Below, in pieces: positions 1 through 16,395 of a stretch of 64,000 nucleotides of DNA (position 1 is its first letter; each line of letters starts with the position of its first letter). Source of the stretch: the human T2T-CHM13v2.0 reference genome, Homo sapiens. Made by a program: the position numbers and the translations under genes. The stretch lies in assembly GCF_009914755.1 (NCBI RefSeq), contig NC_060937.1; one strand, 5' to 3'. Under the pieces are notes generated by a model. The model did no database searches and was not told the origin of the DNA. It worked only from the letters and a program-made list of their open reading frames with translations.

Positions 1-590
1 GAAACACAACCTGGCTTCACAGGCAACAAGAGGAATAGAGGCCTATTTCCCCTTACTCTAATTTCTTCTATAAAATATAGTTTAAAACAGTGGTTTGAAT
101 ATGCAAATAGTTTCACTCTTTCACCCAGAAAGCTCCTTATGAATAGCGTGACATCCATCCATTGATTTAAACACACCTTATTTAATACATCAGTTTAACA
201 CCATGTGACCAAAGAACCCTCTGTGATTTCCTAAAAATTATACTTTAATTCATCCTTCAGCTCAGCCAATTAGTAGGTTAAGGCATTTATGGAGCCCAAA
301 TGCATTCAATACGTGGAGTTTGTGCCAGACCCAGGTACCCAGAGGTGACAGATACAACCTGGGTCTTTAAGTCCAGCAGGAGGTGGAGGCAGCAGGGAGA
401 AAGCAAAACAATCAGGATCCAACTTGATAAGTGGGATGGAAGCTGTAGGAATTTGGAGGAAAGAGTTGCTCCAACCACAGACGGAAGGAAAAGCTCTCAG
501 GGAAGGGACAGGTGAGCCAAGTATGGAAGCACACAAAGGAGTAGGCCAGGTGTTGAGGGGAGGCAGGTTTTATTTCACAAATGTCTCTAA

Positions 591-695
<105 letters not shown>

Positions 696-1758
696 TAAGT
701 ATTCATCAACCTTTCAATACATCTATCGATACATTGCAATGACATCTAGCACTAGCTTACAAAAAGAACTTTTAAAAAAATCAAGCCCACAAAAATTTTT
801 ATTAGTCAAAACTTCTCCTGTGTTTCCAGCCACAGTTACTGTTAATATAATACTTCCTGGCCATGGCTCAAAGGGAAGAGCTGACCAGATCATAATGAAT
901 ATTTTAAGCCTACTAGTTGATTTTTCTATCCCTTTTAATTTCCTTTAGTACTAAGGCATGTTTTTATTTGCAGTGGTTGACCAAAGATAGTATTAATTTT
1001 TATATCCTATGTTTATATTTTCTTAGAATCTCCCAGGAGTTCATCTCCAACTCCATTTTTAATGGAAGAAAATGTGCCTTTGCCCAGCAAGACTCACTGA
1101 AACTTTCAAAATCTTTGTCCTACCAAGAGAGCTGTCTCACAATAATATTTTCACTGTTTATTAATACACTAGAATGATTTATCAGCAGGGGATTATTATA
1201 TTCCTTTACAACTGATCATATAACATCATTATTTTTCCATTTGTCAAAAGGAACCACAATATCATAAATTAATCCTGCAGCTTAACATGCTCAAGAGTTG
1301 TTTTCTTTCCCCAAATTCCCCCTACTGTCACTTCTCCAATTTAATGCAGTTTCCAATGTGGCCCTTTAATATTATAAATGATTAATGATGCCCTTAAGAA
1401 GAAACTTTGGATGTATGGCACTGGAAATGATTACAACGTGAAGTTTACAAGGAAAATTACCATGAACTTCAAAATTATTACCCAATATATACTTTTGTTT
1501 CATCTCATAAAATTAAACTGTGTAACATCTATTCCTAGGATATGTATCATACTTATGCATTCATAGTTTCTTTGACAACATCTGCTCCCTAATCTTTGCC
1601 ATACACATGTTTTAAAGACCATTTTGAAATAGCTATATATGTTATCATCATAAGATATTAATTTTAGCACGCAAGTTTTGAAATTTTAAAATAATAAAAA
1701 GACTGTCCTAAAAGTGTCATATCATTTTATTTCTAATTAACATTTTCTTTGTGTAAAG

Positions 1759-1830
1759 GTCTATGGTTAATAACTACTTAGAAGCTCTTCCCAAGCAGAT
1801 GTGTGCCCAAATGCCTCAACTCAACTGGGT
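1759..1830 (+). CDS. RXFP2: RXFP2 LRR exon (exon 9): SMVNNYLEALPKQMCAQMPQLNW
   Basis: taaag|G acceptor, GT|gtgagt donor; 72 nt; phase 2, in frame with both neighbours. Confidence 0.96.
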
Positions 1831-2234
1831 GTGAGTATTTATTTAGGAATTAATTTGTTATTTGCCCTGATTAAGGAAACTAGCCATAAAGTTAATTCAA
1901 GGTTACCTAGAAAGTCCATCTATAATTTCTTTCCAAAATCAAAATCTGATCATATTACCTTCCCAGTTTCAAAATTATTTGAGGGTTCCCAAAGGGTGAG
2001 GGTAAAGTTTGACCTTCCCTTTGAGCATCCAAGACCCTCATTTTCCATTCCTTACCCCATCTAGATGCTATCCCTGACCCTCGTATGCATGTATCAAACT
2101 ACTACTCCTACAGTCAATTCCCTAAGCATATTGTTCCTTGGACTTAAAAAATCTTGCTCCCTTATTCTTTTGGATAACTTAAACATTTCCTTTGAAAGAC
2201 AACTTAAACATCACCTCCAGGAGGTCATTCCTGA

Positions 2235-2678
<444 letters not shown>

Positions 2679-4046
2679 TAGTATGATTTCCTACCCCAGC
2701 ATTAGGACAATGACCAGTACATAATAGGTGCTCAATAAGCCTTTGTTAGGATGGATGTACTAAACCATTTCCACTCCTTGTTAGCTTTTAACCAATACCT
2801 GTTTAAAACATTCATTTAATTTACGTCGTACCTTCACCACCATTACTCACCATTCCCTGCCACATACACCTTCACGGTCTTCTGCAACAACCAGGATTGT
2901 CACGTCTATTGCTTTCCTGTTCCATGAAAATGCTGATGGTAGCGCTGCTGGAACTCTTCTCTGTCAAATCATGGAACTCAAGACCCATAAGATGATAAAG
3001 TTTTAGTACTTCAGCTTTTGATCCCCTCTAAACTAACCTCAAAATCTCTTGTTACAACACTATTAGGTGGTGTTGTGTTTATTTTCTGATGTTTATTTTT
3101 ATGTATTTATTTAAATATATGCTGTCAAAAGGCTTCTAAAACAGTAGAGGTCTCACGTAAGTGTGCCACTATTAAAAACGGAAATAATGACCTGAACACC
3201 ATGAGAATAAGAATAGGTGAAAAGAAAATACTTAGAAACTAAACAAGTGCATATACACAATGGGAAACACACAGGAAAGAGTAAAGGTAGCAGAAAAATA
3301 TCAGGAGCTCAGCCTGCTCTCCCTCCCCAAAAGGGGCATCAGTCAGCAGGAGGTGAGGAACCAGCCTCAGAGCTCAGGGTTCCGGAGACACTTATTTTCA
3401 CAATGGGCTCACACAAACACGTGGGAAAAAATAGACACACAATAAAAACGCACAGGTAGCAAGACAGCCTGATTGCAATTGAGAGCCTTTCAACACAGAG
3501 GGTAGGAAGCTGAAAGGCCAGACAGGAAGAAAGGCCAGACAGGAGAAAACCTGTCCTGGGGAGGCTTCTCCTCTTCCGTTACTTGCTGTCAAGTTGGACA
3601 ATTGCTCCCACAACACCAAAGTGTCCTTCGGAGAACATGAAAAACATTTTTTCCATTCCATTTCACAATATTTGGATTTTTAGGAGAGTATGGTGTTTGT
3701 TATTTTTAATCACAGTATATTGTGTGAAAAATGTACATCTCAAGTTCCTACACAAATCTCCAAGATAGTTTTAAAATAGGATTTTCTTAAAATGACAAAG
3801 GGATTGGTGATTTTAGTGTGACTATGAGAAAAGTTCAGAAGAAGAAAAATAGCTATTGCCATATTTGGGGAACACTGTAAGAAGCTGACTATGAAAAGGA
3901 ATCAGGAGACTTGGCAGAAAAATGGGCTGTTTCTTAGTCCCCCGCATTGCTCAAAGAGGGAATGTCAGAGTGTTCCGGAAGGCGCTGTCCACGTATGTGG
4001 GATGCCACTGACCTGCAGAATTACCTGGCAAAATGAAATCTCCCCA

Positions 4047-4222
4047 GCAGTGCTTCTCAGACATCAGCGTGCATCGTAAACAATGGGCGAACTTGCTGAG
4101 ACACAGATGGCTGGACTTCAGTACTAGAGTTTCTGATTCAGTCGGTCTTGGGCAAGAATCTGCATTTCTAGCAAGTTCCAGGCAGCGCTGAGGTTGCATC
4201 CCTGCCATTCTGAGCAGCATTG
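4047..4222. mobile_element. MER5A-like hAT-Charlie DNA transposon
   Basis: cagtgcttctca...gtttctgattcagt...aatctgcatttctagcaag...tgagcagcattg termini and core. Confidence 0.65.
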
Positions 4223-4419
4223 CCCTTGGCATTAGCGTCCTTGAGGCATCATAGAAAGAGCCTGCACTTTGGCATCACACAGATCGGGATTCACATCCTG
4301 TCTCTGGTGTTCAGTATGTGCAGGATAACTTTGGCCTGAGATTCTCCTTCAGCAAAACAGAGACAAGAACATCTACCTGATGTTGGAGGGAATGTGAGGA
4401 TATAATGATCAATGACGCC

Positions 4420-4640
4420 ACAGACATGGTAGTTAAGTGTCTAGGCTTTAGATTCTGACAGATCTGAGCTGGGTCAGTTCTACCACTTACTAGCTGTGTG
4501 GTCAGAAGGAAAGTGAATCACCAAAAGCCTTGGATTTCTCGTATGTTAAATGGGGGATAATAGCAGCAATTTGGCAGGAGTGCTGTGTGATGCGTGTAGA
4601 ACAGCACCTGGCACCATAAAAGCCCAATCAATGGTAGTTT
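4420..4640 (+). mobile_element. MIR SINE
   Basis: Degenerate MIR core (taccacttactagctgtgtg...aaatgggggataatagc...agaacagcacctggcac). Confidence 0.65.
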
Positions 4641-4891
4641 ATGATGGGTTGGGCAATATTATAATTAATAGCATAGCATTCAGCACAGAAAGACACTCGC
4701 TAAAAGTTAGGCTGCCCTTTCCTCAATTTTATTAACATTAGTTGGAAGGGGGAAAGAAGCATAATATTAGTTATACTAACCTTGCAATAATTAGGAGGAA
4801 AGCATAGTAACAACTGGAATGAAGTAAAAATAAACTTGATAACCATTTTAAAAAGTATCTCTAAGCATATGATTTGTACAAAAAATATTAA

Positions 4892-4990
<99 letters not shown>

Positions 4991-5922
4991 TAAGTATACA
5001 ATGGACTTCACTAAATGAGGGGAAACCCTATATATTTGGAAGTTAAAAAGAAAACATTGACAAAAAATTTTAAAGTAGTGTTTTGTTTACAGCCTTGGTC
5101 TGACACTGCAGTGCTAGAAAATGCACACACTGATTTATTGATTTGGATGTTGGGACTGAGCCTCAAGTTAAGGTGCCCACCCTTTAGGGACATCATGTGC
5201 CATCTTTATTTCCGTGCACCTTCTCAGCTGAACTGGGACCTGAAAGTTCCAGTTTCCTAACCCCATGGTCACCAAGGAAGGGAAATAATGTATGTGAAAG
5301 GGGTTAGCTGTACAATGATTAGCTTTACAATGATTAGCCAATGACTCTTACCATTTGATGTCTTTCTCCCTAAAGAAAAAAAAAATCATAATTTCATTTA
5401 AAAGGAAAAACATCTAATGCATTCTGATTGGCCAAAGATTCTGCCTCATGATTCTGATCGCTGTTTATATTTTTTATGGGGGCGGGAAGGCAGATGGTTT
5501 GGTCAATCAGTGCATTCATGCTGGAAAGCTTCAAAACATCAGTGTTTTGGTTTTGTTTTAATGATAGTTTTCCACATTTAGTAAGCACTTAGTGATGTTT
5601 GTTGATTGGATGGATGATTGGAAAAAAGAATGGAAAAGGAAAATTAAAAGAGACATTTTCTAAAATAATTAGATCCAAACAAAATGCAGCTTTCTAGACC
5701 GCACTCAGGACCTCAAATTGCTCATGACAGCACTTCCTGAAGAGAACATGGGGATGTCCACGGTGAAAAAGTCCTGCCTTAGTTTCCACTCCAAAAGATG
5801 CCTCCCTTGAAGACTTCAAAGGAGGCTTATAAAATTCTGCCTGGATCAGTGGCCTCTCCCAATGAGAACTGATTACTACAGCAGACGCAAACCCACATGC
5901 TGATTCTCGCCATGTCTTACAG

Positions 5923-5994
5923 GTTTCTGCCTAGAAATCAAATTGGTTTTGTTCCAGAGAAGACATTTTCTTCATTAAAAAATTTAGGAGAACT
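5923..5994 (+). CDS. RXFP2: RXFP2 LRR exon (exon 11): [23 protein letters not shown]
   Basis: ttacag|G acceptor, CT|gtaagt donor; 72 nt. Confidence 0.96.
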
Positions 5995-7026
5995 GTAAGT
6001 AGCATCGTCTACTAGGAAAATATGATTGCTTCTTCCGAGATTATAAATTTAAATGACTAGTGAGACTGCTTTGCCACTAGTAGCAATCAAAATCCTGTAG
6101 ACTATTGGATATTAAAAATCAATTAAGAAAACCAACATTATCCTGAAGTCCAAAGCACATTCAAATCAGACAGTGGGCTAAATATGGATTTAGCCTACCC
6201 TAGTTTCTCTACTTGTTTTCTTTGGGTGATTTCTTATTTATGTGTGTTTGGGAGTAAATGAGTTTTCCATGGCTTCTTAAACACAGGGATCATTTCTTTC
6301 TACTGACTGGAGTATAGTTAATTCCCAATAAATGTTTGATAATGAATAACTGACTAACTGAAATAATATTAATTCCTTATAACTGAACAAAGGAACAAAT
6401 ATGCTTACTAGTCCTTGAGAAATTATGACTTATATAGCAGGTGAAGCAAATCGCAATGCTGAGAATGGGGGTTAGGCTCACGGAAAAAATATTCAGAGAG
6501 CTCATGTGAATTTTTTCTGTTCAAATATTTGTTTTATGGATCTAAGCCTTTTAAAATCATTTCTCTCGCTATTAATTCATTGCTCCCCACATAATTGTGT
6601 ATCAGTGGAAGTTAAAACTAAGTCTGTTACATTACACATAGCAGAGATTAGGATAGAAAACTCATCTTTCTGATTGAGGCCTTAAAATGGAAATTAATTT
6701 CTGAATTAATCTCTCCCCATTCTTTACACCTTATTTTGAAATCCAGAAAGGATTGGAGAAAATAACTCAATAAGGGTAATCTAAAAAATAACTCATGAAT
6801 AGTTAAGGTAATTCAATCTAATTAATGAGCATCATAAATCAAATCCACACATATTTATGAAGTGCCTGGTATGTGCAAGGTACTGCATTAGAACTGAAAG
6901 TATGATCATTTTATAGGCAAAAACTTAAAGGCAGCTCATTCAGAAAAGACTTCCTCCCAGGGCATTCCTGCCCAGGCTGTGGAGGATGACTGTGGACTTG
7001 GGTTGCATGGTGGGGTGGAGGAATAA

Positions 7027-7401
<375 letters not shown>

Positions 7402-8317
7402 TAAACTTAAGGAAACAGTGGTACAGAGTCCATATTTTTAAAATTTTCCTAACCCTCTTCGCATCCTACATATAGGCAGAGGCACACCAAAAATAAGAGC
7501 CCACTTAAGAGATGCCAGCTTGCTATTAAGATCTATAGTGATCCATTGCAATTCACTTAGCCTCAGAAAGCTAAAAGAAATTCAGAAGCTGGTAGGCTTA
7601 ACTAGAACAAGGCATTCATATGTCTTGAGTTTACAAATGTTAAGTAATTTTACTGTGCCTTCATGGCAACAAACCCATCCAGGGAGGAATAAGCACAAGT
7701 ACTTGAGACCCCCAAAGTCCTTTCCTCCAAAAGAGTGTGCTTTATTTTTCTGGGTAACCCTTTGAAAGGCATTTTCTAGGTGTATGAAATCATCATCATA
7801 TTGCTTTATTGTCAGGCTCTCTCTGGCCTGTGTGCACCTGTGGTCTCCCTTCTGGGCTGAGATCTAGGTGTGCTCCTCTCATCTGGAGGACCAGATGAGA
7901 CATCTCACTTGGCAGGACTTCAGACTTTGGTGTCATGACAGCACCTCAAAAGCAACCCATTTGAAACAGAACTAACAAGAGACCCCAACCTGATGGCCAG
8001 CTTCTTCACCTGGACTTGCCATCTCAGTGCCTCCTTCCTGGTAGCCAGGCTTGAAGACCATTCCATTTCCCTCCAACTTTCTCTTAATACATGTTCAGCC
8101 AGACCCTGAGCCCTGCTGCTGTCCCCCTTAACCCTCATTTGCTCTCACCTGGTCCATGTAGAAGCTCCTGCCTGGTCTTCCTCCCGCAACTCCCAGGCCT
8201 TGTTGCCTGTCTTTCATGCTTCTGACAGAATAATCATTCCATAACCCGGAGTAAATGATGCCATTGCCCTATTTAATGTTCTTACTTCTTGTTGCCTGGT
8301 GTTTAGCAAAGTCCTTG

Positions 8318-8498
8318 ACACAGTTCTCAAACATTAATGGGCCGAAGAATCACATGGGATATTGGCTTAAATGCATGTTACCAGGCTCCCTCCCAGAAAG
8401 TCTGATGTGATAGTTCCAAGGTGGGTCCCGGGGATGTGCTCTTTTTATAAGCATCCTTGGGGACTTGGATGCTTGGACTCTACTATGAAAACTACTGC
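8318..8498. mobile_element. MER5A-like DNA transposon
   Basis: cagttctcaaac...gaatcac...gaaaactactg termini; degenerate core. Confidence 0.55.
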
Positions 8499-9609
8499 CT
8501 TGAAGTGCACGCATGGCTTTCCTATTTTGTCTCCACGCACTCTCCATGACGTCCTCTACCTCTCCCTACATCTTCCATCCTCCACCCATGTTGGATCACT
8601 TCCTGACTCCTGAAAGTGTCACTGAATTCCAAGCATCTGTGGTTCAGATCATTTTTTACACCCACCTGAGAAGCTGTTCTTCTTTTACCCCACCTAAAAT
8701 CATCAAGCTTTCTTCAAACACTTCCTAATGTCCCAGGCCAAGACTGATGACTCTTTCCTCTATGTTTTCTCTGCACTTCTATAATAGCACCTGTTTGATT
8801 GTTTCCTTGTTTGTATCTAGTTGCTACTCTAAATGTAAGCTTCTTTACAAAAAGAGCTAAGTCATAGTTATTTGTAACTCCCACATAACCATCAGCGGTT
8901 CCAGAGTATCAAAAGAGATCATTTTTGTTTGACTCTTAGTTAGGCAACTGTATATCTGTTTTAACATCTTCTCTGGCTCAGAAATATACTCTGGACTCTT
9001 AAAGTTTCATTTCTTCTGATTTTAACAGGTCTCTTTTCCACATTTTATAGAGTCACTTTCTTAGGATTCTGTCTGGATCGGACAGTCCTATTATATTTAA
9101 TTCTAAACTTGCAATTTCTTCTGCAAAAATAGTCTTGTAGAAGAACATATTAAAAGCGTGTGAACTTATTCAAGATTATCTGGGCAGATACTGAGTGGAC
9201 AATATTGTCTTGGTTGGAATGCAAAATAAATCAAAGATGCAAGACTTGACCTCGAAAAGTGTAGTTGGATAAACAAGAGACCACGTATATGAAGCAAGTG
9301 GCAATCACAGAAGCATGAAGAGTAGAAGTGTACAAAGAGTATCTAGAGCAAGGGAAATTAACCAAATTAGATATGAAAGCCAGGTTGGGAATGTGTTGGA
9401 GAGAGGGTAAGAGGAAATTCCAGATAGGAACTGGACGAGCAAAGTGTTACATGTAAGTGTTGGAAACTGTATCCATTTGGCTGACTCATACGGCCCTGTT
9501 GTGTAACAAGTTATCAGGTTGGTTAAATTGGATTCATATTTTCTGTTACATCAAATGGGATGATGATAATTGTGAGGAGTAATAAGTCTGTCATTTACTT
9601 CCAAAGTAA

Positions 9610-9711
<102 letters not shown>

Positions 9712-9823
9712 TAAGTTCTACTTCTCACCATAATCAGATTTAAAGGGCAATATTTTGAGCTTTCAAAATAATAATACCTTCAAACTTCTTTTCCTCTCTC
9801 ATCTAATGGTAAAAAAAAAAAAG

Positions 9824-9895
9824 GAACCTGTCATCCAATCCTCTTATGTATCTTCACAAGAACCAGTTTGAAAGTCTTAAACAACTTCAGTCTCT
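9824..9895 (+). CDS. RXFP2: RXFP2 LRR exon (exon 13): NLSSNPLMYLHKNQFESLKQLQS
   Basis: Acceptor A12-g|G (atypical), CT|gtaagt donor; 72 nt; LRR in frame with neighbours; preceding intron is only 113 nt. Confidence 0.95.
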
Positions 9896-10743
9896 GTAAG
9901 TGAAATATTACAATTATATTGATTATAATTTTAGTGGATGTACTTAGAGACACATTTATTTTTAAATGGGTATTTTGCACACAGGAGCATGCATTTCAGA
10001 CAACTGTCTGAATCACAGATCCCATCAAGTACATACTGAATGACAAGCCTCATTATTTACCATTCGACATGTATGAAGTCCATTTCTGTACTTGAAGAAG
10101 GTTTCAGGAATGTCCTTCTTGAAAACTGGGTTCATGTGGCAAAATCTCATCCTACAGTTTTCACAAAGAATTAAATTTGCAATAGTTTTGTTTCTAAAAG
10201 TTTGGTTAAAACAAATTATGTAAGACTTGCCTGCTTTTCCCCTTTGCCGTTTCCTACAAGGATCTACTTGATATTAGTGTACAGTGCATTGTTTTACTTT
10301 TAAATAAGTTTTTAAAAAACTGTCCCACAAATATGCACATTCAGAAAATTAATGTACAGTATTTTTACATTTCAACCATATTAAGTTTCAGTGGTATCAA
10401 GAACTCTGCCACTTTTCCTTTGAACTTCATGATTTCTTTCCAATGGATGGCAATTGCTGGCTAAAGGTTGTTTGTTTTCACACAGACAGCAGACTACGCT
10501 GCCTGACTGCAGCCTAAAGCATTTCCTCCTTTAATTCCAAAGACCAATTCTTAGTATCATCTTTTATTCTTGCTAGTTTTCTATCAGAAATTAATGCAAG
10601 ATTTAGGTTTCTCTCTTACCAGATATTAGTGAGCATCCACTGATGAAAAAGATCTGGTCCCTATTCTTAAGAAGCCATAATATTAAACATATATGTTTAT
10701 TTTTTAAAATATAAGGACAGACCTGAGGATGTGGACAGCATGA

Positions 10744-11194
<451 letters not shown>

Positions 11195-12313
11195 AGTCTT
11201 TCTTTTTTTCCTGTGATTCATTTACCCATTTATTTCACAAACATATCTTAGCCACCAACTTACACAAAGCATTGTTTTAGCACTTGGGATACAGTGGCCC
11301 CTGCTCTTCAGGATGCTATAGGTTATTAATCAAATAATCACAGAATCCACATAAAGCTAAAACTGTGTAAGTCAAGGACAGAGCCAGAGAGAAAAAAAAA
11401 AAAAGGAAAATTAAACTTTTAGAAAGGGCTTAGAGTCTCCTGCTAGAGGGGCCATGCAATTACTCAGTAGTATAACAGCTTTCCCAGATTTCATTTTTGA
11501 CTTCCAAAAAGCAAGAACTCCTTGGGCAAAGGAAAACTCAGAACCATGTTGAGAAATCTTTATTCGGATTAGTCAAAAAGAAACCAAGTGAGAATCAGAC
11601 ATATTTCAAAATAAACATTAAAAGCAAAAGGCCTCTGTCTTTTTAGATTATCTCTCTCCATCTGCTTCCTGAGAACATGGCAGCTCTTAATTCATACCAT
11701 CCTAAAGAGATCTTCAAAGTGTCCACATTTGTAGAAGCAAGCATTGAGGTCAACTAAGAGAACAGGAGTGATCCTTGGATCCCTTTGAGGACATTTTATG
11801 GGGCCTGAAGGATTTAAAGGAATTTAATTAAATTTAACTTAAATTTAATTAAAGGAATTCTAAGACATACCACTGGTGTCTTAGAAGACTCCTGAATTGG
11901 AGTTCCTCTTGCTACCTTCATGGTTTTCCATCCTAAAGACACATAGGCCAGGAAGAAATGATCATATTTAAATCCAGATTCTCACAAAACTCACTTCAGT
12001 GATGCTCTCCGGTTGGAAAGATCATCTCCTGAATTAAACCCTCTAATTCCTATGGCATTACTTATATTAATAAAATCAAACTACAGAGCCAATTTCATAA
12101 TACACAAATCACCACTGCCATTCTTAAATCAAAGAAATGAATGAATATGTTCTATTAGAATGTAATTCTGCATGTGAAATGACACAATCAGCGCCAAACT
12201 GCAGGAGGCATAAATAGAAACAGCCATTTTCTAAGATAGTGTACTGTAAAACTTTCATTCTAATCTGCATTGGTAACATAAGATCTTGAAGCATTATATT
12301 TCGGATATGATGA

Positions 12314-12634
<321 letters not shown>

Positions 12635-13765
12635 TGACCCTTCTCTCTGGAAACACGCTGTTTATCCAATTGAGGCCCAATAAGAGATCAGGGTACCAGA
12701 ATGCCACATATTACACAAGATGAAGTCACTGGCTAAATGGTACTCAGGCGACCTGGAAACATTAATTCACCTCTCATGAATGAGCAGTCGGCTGCTCTAA
12801 GATTTGAGCCCTTAGGAAGAAAGGTGCTATATAAATTCCAGGTGTTGTTACTGTTACTAAGTGCACTACAAAATGGAGGTAATTAATCTTTATAGTAGTT
12901 TTTGATAAGTCACTTTAGTATATTTGGCTAAAGTGCACTGTGTAAGTTGTGTTAATATATGTGTTCATAATTATTTCTTTATCAACTGTGTAATCTATGT
13001 GTTCATGACTTCAAAAATTAACCATTGTTATCTACAAAAATAGGGAGAATTCAATGTAAGATTACAAGTTGGGTGCAGCAAGTGGATGAAATGGTGGCTG
13101 TGAAGGTGCTCTTTTGGGAGAACATTTTGTTTATGTCTGTGCAGTAGGTGTGATTACTAAAAGACAAGTGTTTGATGCATTTCCACATGGTTTTGTTCAT
13201 TTTCTTCTGTGGCACTATTAGATAAATGTTTAATGAGGGTATCATTTCCTTGTTGTAGGCAGGATATGGGGTCTTCTTAGTATAGAGAAATTCAAACTAT
13301 TTAGAACTTGATGGAGAAACTGCTGTGTTAAATATAGACCTCAGGCCAAGGTCAAGAACAGGTCAACAATTAAGAGAAAACACATTAGCTTAGTTACTTC
13401 CCTACTAAGTAACCTACTTACTCTTCTTTCATATTCCTTGTCCTTTATTTATTGAAACATCCCCACCTTGTCACCCCAATCCCTTTCACCTGACAACGAG
13501 TAGTGTGGTCACAGCGCAAGGGGGCCCTGAACCACTGAGAGATGCTAGACGGTTCTATCTGAAGATAGCAGACATAATGGAATCCTAAAAGGACCAAGAA
13601 GTCAAGCCATGTGTGTGCCAGGGACTCCAGGGAAGGAGAAGAAAAGAGTTCATTATAGTTCAGGTTCCTTTAATTGGATGCCAGATATTAGGAAGCTGAA
13701 CTGTAAGCTACTTGAAGGCAAGAATTGCCTCCTGTTTCTCTTCCTGACACACCCAGTGCTAAATT

Positions 13766-14240
13766 ATTCATCATCCACTTGCTGATCCAAGAAGTATTTG
13801 TTGAGTACCTACACGTGCCAGGCACTGCGTTAGACACCAGGGACATAAAGATGAACAAAAGAGAGGATGTCTGTGCCTGAGAGCTTCCATTTAGCTTTGG
13901 GAACCAGAGAGTAAAGGAGCAAGTGAGTAAATAGTGAATAAGTGCTACAAATTTAAATAAAGCAAGGTAAGGGATAGAAGGAGGATTGAGGATTACCACT
14001 GAGGTGGGGTGGATGGAAGTTGGAGTGAAGTGACATTTGAGCAGACCTGAGCGGAGGGAGAAAGCAGCCCTGGCAGTATCCAGGGGAAGAATCTTCCAGG
14101 CAGGGGCATAAGAAAAAGCAAAGCTCTGAGTAGGGCATGAGCATGGCTTGTCTGAGGGTGTGTGTCTGGGTGGAGTAAGCATTGCAGGGCAAGAGGCGAG
14201 GTGGTGCAGGCAGCCAGGGGTCTGATACCAGGCAGCCTTG
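13766..14240 (-). mobile_element. L2 LINE 3' fragment
   Basis: gtatttgttgagtacctacacgtgccaggcactg is the reverse of the L2 3' end; upstream L2 motifs follow. Confidence 0.7.
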
Positions 14241-14937
14241 GTCTAGAAACTGAATTGAGAAATAACAAAAAATGAATTAAACTGACAGCAAAGAGCAGAA
14301 AAGTGAACTGAAAGAAGTAGCAAACGAATAAAAATAGAGCAAGTTTTATGAGAGAAAATTCTAAACACACAGGTTTGAGGGATGGCAATGGCCAGATGAC
14401 CTCACCCATTCCAGCACTTCCAGATGCCTTGTGCCCACTGACCACAAACAAACTTATTTTCCCATAGAAACTAACTCCTTCCAGACCCTGGTAAGAAATC
14501 TGTGTTTAAGGCAGCTGCTTCTCTTCCCAGATCCAGTGAGAATGCATTTTCCTAGTGTCAGAGGTCCTCCCTTCCTGCCAGTGTCAGGGAAGAGGAGGCT
14601 AGTTAAAGTCAGTAGACCTCGGTGTTTAAAACTCAGGACAAGACAGAAATGTTCTAGGTGAGCGACAATAGGCTTTTCCCATCCCAAGCCCAAGCCCCTG
14701 AAAGTCTGCTGGAGATCACTTTGACAAGGATAATCCACTTTTCATAATACCTTACAGAATAATCAATAAACCAATGTGACCAGGGAACATACAGCCCCTG
14801 AGATTTCAAATTTTCATGTCCTCCCAAACTCTCCTCATCCAAGTTACTGAATTCCTATGTTCTTTAGGTTCCTCATCTTTAAAAGGATACTGCCTAGTGT
14901 TTCATGAAGAACTCTTTAATTATATAAACACTACTAA

Positions 14938-15390
<453 letters not shown>

Positions 15391-15849
15391 TGAATTATAC
15401 ATCCTGGGCACATTTTTTTTTCTAAATATAAAAGTTCTGGCTCTTTGTGGCTTTGTTTTAGGTTGTATGACCTTACAGTGGCCTGCTCTCAGGAGTATGT
15501 CTTGGGAATGGGCTAATAGGCAACCAATGAGTCAAGTGACAGATTATAAAGTTTTGTGGGTGATAAAACTAATCTGAACTTCAATTACAATGATACCTAT
15601 GCTCATTAGGCCTGGAAAATGATTCCCTTTATTAACTATGAAGATACTATATGTTAACTGTTTAACAACTAGTCCTTCCTCCTTCCAGAAAATTCCCATT
15701 CCGATTTTTTTAAACTACAAAATAAAAACATAGTGTAGTACTTTAGAAATATTACAGATTTTTAAGTCCACTCGCTTCTTGGTACTCAGATGTTTACATT
15801 AGTTCATTTGATATAAGATGAAAGGAACTAGATCTAATTAGAAAATTAA

Positions 15850-16395
<546 letters not shown>

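Noticed and set aside
13688-14451. Overlapping 164-aa and 152-aa minus-strand ORFs
   Set aside because: They lie over a degenerate L2, with no recognisable domain or splice structure.
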